The notes under the pieces: model-generated | What the model was told of the DNA's origin: nothing | The model's database searches: none | The model's input: only the letters and a program-made list of their open reading frames with translations | Shown here: in pieces, positions 50,383-54,612 of the stretch | How the letters are laid out: the number at the start of each line of letters is the position of its first letter | Position numbering within the stretch: position 1 is the first letter of the stretch | Assembly (NCBI GenBank): GCA_032718475.1 | Contig: JAUCBJ010008932.1 | Location: 1 to 54,612, forward strand | Reading direction: 5' to 3' | Source: Nemertoderma westbladi | Taxonomy: Eukaryota > Animalia > Xenacoelomorpha | Length of the DNA: 54,612 bases | Position numbers and translations under genes: made by a program

Positions 50383-51567
50383 TTACAAGTCCACATCCGC
50401 ATCGTCACCATCATCGTCCTCATTATCGCTAATTGTAGATCCCGCGTCGTCTTTGCTGCATCGTTCTTTCGGTTTTCCGCGAGCCACACTAAAAAAAACA
50501 AAATAATTAATTAATCAACTAATTTACTGTAAACGAATTCCTGTATAATAATAATGTAATAACGTAAGTAAGTACTGTATGTATGTACTCAGCACCACAA
50601 ATTTATTAATTACTTGCAATTTAATGCAATGGCAATAAACACTCTCAGAGCGTAATATTGTAGCAGAATGGATGCCATAATGTAGGCCTACAAACGACAG
50701 TACTAACACAATCCTAACACATCTCAACCCTATCCCAATTATTACCTCGCGCTCACACTACCCCAACCCCTTTCTGAAACCTAAAACAGCGTGAACCCTA
50801 ACCAAACCTAACCCACCCCTGACCCAACTCAACAACAGTATTCATTGAATTAATAAAACGATTTCATTTAATTACAGTAATACTTACTAATTATCCCCTC
50901 CGGGTCTATTGCTTTCCTGCCGAAAAAACACCGATATAGCGCCATCCACCGCACCATCTTCAAAATCGTTGAGAAGAACAGCTCCTACCTGTATAATACA
51001 AAATAATCATATATTTATAACAGATATCAATATTATGATTAAATATGATTTATAACAAAAATTTACATCTTCCCTTCACAGTATTAATTGGTACAGTAGT
51101 ATGACATTAATAGTATGCATATACAGTAGTTTATGGCAAAATAATGGTTAAACTACGGACGTTTTTTCCAATGTCAGTTAGCACCATACAGTAGATGCCT
51201 GTAATTAATACATTTTATAATTGCAGTTTTATGGGAATAAAAAATGGATTTATTACATTAAATTATTATTCATGGCTGGAACAAAAATGGATATGGGGGA
51301 GGGGGGGTTGTTTCGGGACAATTTTAGTTGAACTAGAACGTAGTTCGTAGTACAAAGTTAATACTTAATAAATGTGCATTGTACTATAGGCCTACCTTTG
51401 AAGCAAGAAAATGTTCTCGGATACATTCCCTCAAATGATAATTTATCGACCCGTCGACCAGTTTTACTGAATTTGCAGGCGATATTATTTGCCATCAAGC
51501 AGTTGCCAGTTATTTTGGCTGCTTTGTTGACGTCCACAGCCTTCGTGCTGTCAGCAATTTCCTTCAT
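50383..51567 (-). CDS. Spliced ORF, DUF4806/BEN-like domain with an acidic tail; exons 51396-51567, 50888-50984, 50383-50488
   Basis: Three GT-AG exons join in frame (phases 1 and 2): MKEIAD..LMANNIACKFSKTGRRVDKLSF..GAVLL..VDGAISVFFRQESNRPGG..DDDGDDADVDL*. Domain call is from recalled motif spacing only. Confidence 0.65.
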
Positions 51568-51936
51568 CTAAAATATAATATTTAATAATTCATATTATTA
51601 TCTTAAAAATATAACCTACATAAATTATTGATTAAATTATATGAAGAAACTGATGTTGCACTTTTTAGACTCTATTTTTAGTGTTAGGTAGGCCTACAGT
51701 ACTGTATATTGCATAATGTCAGCCAACGCGTTAGGTGAAATGTTTCCTTATTTTTATAAATGAAAACTGTCAGGTGACTGACAGACGGTCTCGATTATGT
51801 TATATACAAACTAATGTCGGAAATGGAATCACCAACTTGTAAAACTCCCATAGCGAGAGTTTTAGTTATTTTGTATGATTTCATAAATTTTGACAAACAG
51901 AACAGACTAACAGAAAGACCGACGGTCAGACCACAA

Positions 51937-53100
51937 CTACTAGGATCGGCATGCTGCATTGCAGCTGCATTTTTAAGAATGCTGTGCCGGCTTGTCAACA
52001 AAATTGCACCGCCACAAGTCCCTATCACCCATGAAATTTGCTAGATCATCCGCATCTTCAAGGCCAGTGTCCTTTAAGATGCGTCTCAAGAAAGTCATGG
52101 GCTGTCCACCATGCTTATTCACTCCATGAGGCTGCCAAAGTACAAGATTATGCACTGGCTGGTCCTCACGGCGAAAGCAATGTCCTGCAAAGCGGAGGCT
52201 ATTTTGTTCTAGTGTCAAGCTTGGGGGAACCAATGAGACACCTCCAATGTTATATAGTGTCTGGTTGGAGATGTGTGCATTGTACTTGACACAATGAACC
52301 CGGCGTAGCATTCTTGTGAATGTGCCATCCAGAGATTTGGTGTCCTCAGCAGTTAGAGCCCAGCATGGACTCCCGTAGAGGAGTACTGGAACTACTGCTG
52401 CTCTAAATAATCGGACCTTAAGTTTCCGATTAATTCTCGGTGACTTCCAAATCCTGGAAAGCCTATTCAAGGCTGCCCATGCCTTTCCCTTACGTATTCG
52501 AAGGTCCTCACCTGACTTCCGGATCCATGATCCCAGGTAACAGAAGTCGTCCACATGCTCAAGCATACCATCATTTGAGCTTATGCTCATCCGATCAGAG
52601 ACTTGCTGAGGACTTTCAAAGTTAACTGTCAAAATTTTGGTCTTTCTGGAGTTAATAAAAAGACCAACACTAGAAGCACCATGTTCTAATGAGCTGAGGA
52701 GCCGTTGGGTTCCCTCTAGTGATTCTGAGAGTACTCCTAAGTGATCAGAAAAGTCTAGATCAGTTAGGTACTTGGCAGGATTTCCTCGACTTCTGGAGCC
52801 AGTAGGTGGAGTTATCATCACCCCATCATCATTATGATGATCTAAGGACATGCGTAGAACATAGTCAACCACAATAATGAACAAGAATGGTGCAAGTGTG
52901 TCTCCTTGGAGAACGCCCCATAACACTTCAAATGGTTCTGTGTACCGTCAACAGTAGACACAAATGTTGTCGAACCATCGTATACTGATCTTATTGCTGC
53001 AATAATTTCATCAGGAATCCCATATAATGAAAGTATGCTGAACATCAAAATGAATCAAAGGCCTTGAAGAAAGTCAACAAAGATAACAGCCAGGATAACA
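51937..53100 (-). mobile_element. RTE-type LINE, 5'-truncated and inactive
   Basis: FVDF..KA, YGIP, GVLQGDTLAPFLF, LDFSDH (catalytic DD lost), FCYLGS, LLYG, LRFAGHC; frameshifts; TAGTAG tail. Confidence 0.93.
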
Positions 53101-53694
53101 GCCAAACACTAGCTACCATAAAATTTTGTATCTTACTTTACGAGGATGCTTCAAGTACGTCCATTGATCAAATTGCAGCAAATGAAAATTCATAGAACTC
53201 TCCCCATATCAAAATATCAAATTGTTCTAAAATAAATCTTGCCCCCAGTCACCGCCCCCAGTTCACTGTTTGGGGGCCTCCAGCCTCTTCAGAATCTGAG
53301 AGTGGAGCAGTGGACTGTTGATTATCAATTCAATTTGGTTTTCAATTCAATTTGGCTACAATACTGAATACTGCAATATTCCTAACTTCCGTTTATTGTT
53401 TTGGTTCCTTTCAACTCGCCTCTGTCTATCTGTAAACTGCTCCTTTACTAACCCGTCTGGTTTTGGAGGCCCCAAACAGGATACACCCCAGCAGTAGGCC
53501 TAGCCTAACAGATCAACTTGTACCGGTGCTCATTGTAGGCCTACATACCAGCATAGGCCAACTGTATACAGCTCAGTCTGCAATCCTCTGTAGCTCGGTA
53601 ACAAACTGTCAGACTGTTTTCGGTTTTAGCCATACAGTCATACAGTAGGCCTATCAGCCTATGTCATGTCATAATCACGATATGACAGTAATAC

Positions 53695-53967
53695 ATGGCA
53701 ACTAATAATACGATTATTACTGGTCCAAATGCTGGAGTCTCGAATGCCCATCTACAAGCAAAGACTGTCCGTGTTAACAAGAATTTGTTCAAATCGGAGA
53801 TTGTAGGAGTAACCGGGAGGCCTAACCATAAAGGTACCGGTACCGGTCTTACTGTACAGGAACATCATCGGCACGTGGATCGATTGGAAAAGCTCCGCGG
53901 TTTAGTGAAGTATCTAGACGACACTGACTGGCAATACCCTTCGGTGGATGAAATTACACTAAGTTGA
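53695..53967 (+). CDS. ANAPC16: Anaphase-promoting complex subunit 16-like protein, 90 aa, single coding exon
   Basis: HHRHVDRLEKLRGLVKYLDDTDWQYPSVDEI resembles human APC16 [31 protein letters not shown] as recalled; KNLF resembles KALF; AATAAA at 54241. Confidence 0.75.
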   Translation: MATNNTIITGPNAGVSNAHLQAKTVRVNKNLFKSEIVGVTGRPNHKGTGTGLTVQEHHRHVDRLEKLRGLVKYLDDTDWQYPSVDEITLS

Positions 53968-54612
53968 ATCACTGTAGAATACCACCCCACCATATAGTCT
54001 GCGCTGCCTGGCTGCGGACCGGTACGCTGGTATCGGTACGTCACTGTTCTGTGGGATCTACTAACGGGAAGTCACACACAACTCTGCAACTCGTTCAACT
54101 CCCAACTGTTCAAATGTTCGCGTTCGTAATGGCCACCCACTCGTACGTTAGGTATCTTCTACGGAACTGGTTATTTGTGCAAATTATTATTTTTATTAAC
54201 GTGTAGGCTTAGTCGTAAGTACATTAAGTGTTTAATATGTAATAAATCTATCTCTCTCGCCTACCTATTTATACAGTATGTAGTATCATCATTATTTATT
54301 TGTTTGACAAATTCAATAATTTTGAGTAAATGGTATCCTAATTTAATCGATTATTATTATCAGGGTTTATTGTAGTAACACTAAAAACGAAACAAAAACA
54401 AACTGTGGTGTCTGGTTGATTTATATTTCCTTCCATGTTCGTAGAATATCTTATAGGAATTTTAAAACGTTCATCTTTCATAAGAGCCTAATAAATCCCA
54501 GAAGGAGAAATCCGAGACGGGGGGGGGGGGGGGGGGGGGGGGACTGGACGCAAAACCCGCCTTAGTGGCGAATTAATATATCCCGCATCAATGTTAAATT
54601 CTCAATTTAGAG

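Noticed and set aside
51973-52926. Functional reverse transcriptase gene
   Set aside because: The catalytic motif reads FSDH, upstream frameshifts are present, and the element is 5'-truncated.

Overview
Metazoan (probably invertebrate) nuclear DNA, AT-rich, with GT-AG introns. Roughly half of the window (about 26 kb) is eight unrelated tandem arrays with units of 63, 24, 48, 27, 26, 43, 33 and about 14 bp. Genes: (1) first coding exon of a DUSP6/7/9 (MKP3)-type MAPK phosphatase on the minus strand, with the rest of the gene left of the window; (2) a 9-exon POC1 (WDR51) centriolar WD40 gene, minus strand, 22935-45412, about 456 aa, exon 1 tentative; (3) a 3-exon DUF4806/BEN-like ORF, minus strand; (4) a single-coding-exon ANAPC16-like gene, plus strand. 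Mobile DNA: one young 5'-truncated LINE with an intact RT ORF, four RTE-type LINE fragments, tRNA-derived SINE-like repeats, TTAA-flanked MITE-like elements, and a type I hammerhead ribozyme in a roughly 345-bp retrozyme/Penelope-like insertion. The most unusual signal is in POC1 introns 4-8, each of which carries its own array. On the transcribed strand these units are or resemble splice signals: an amplified exon end plus donor (intron 8), an amplified branch point plus pyrimidine tract with no AG (intron 5), AG|GT units (intron 7) and acceptor-like units (introns 4 and 6). All calls were made by eye, with no database searches.
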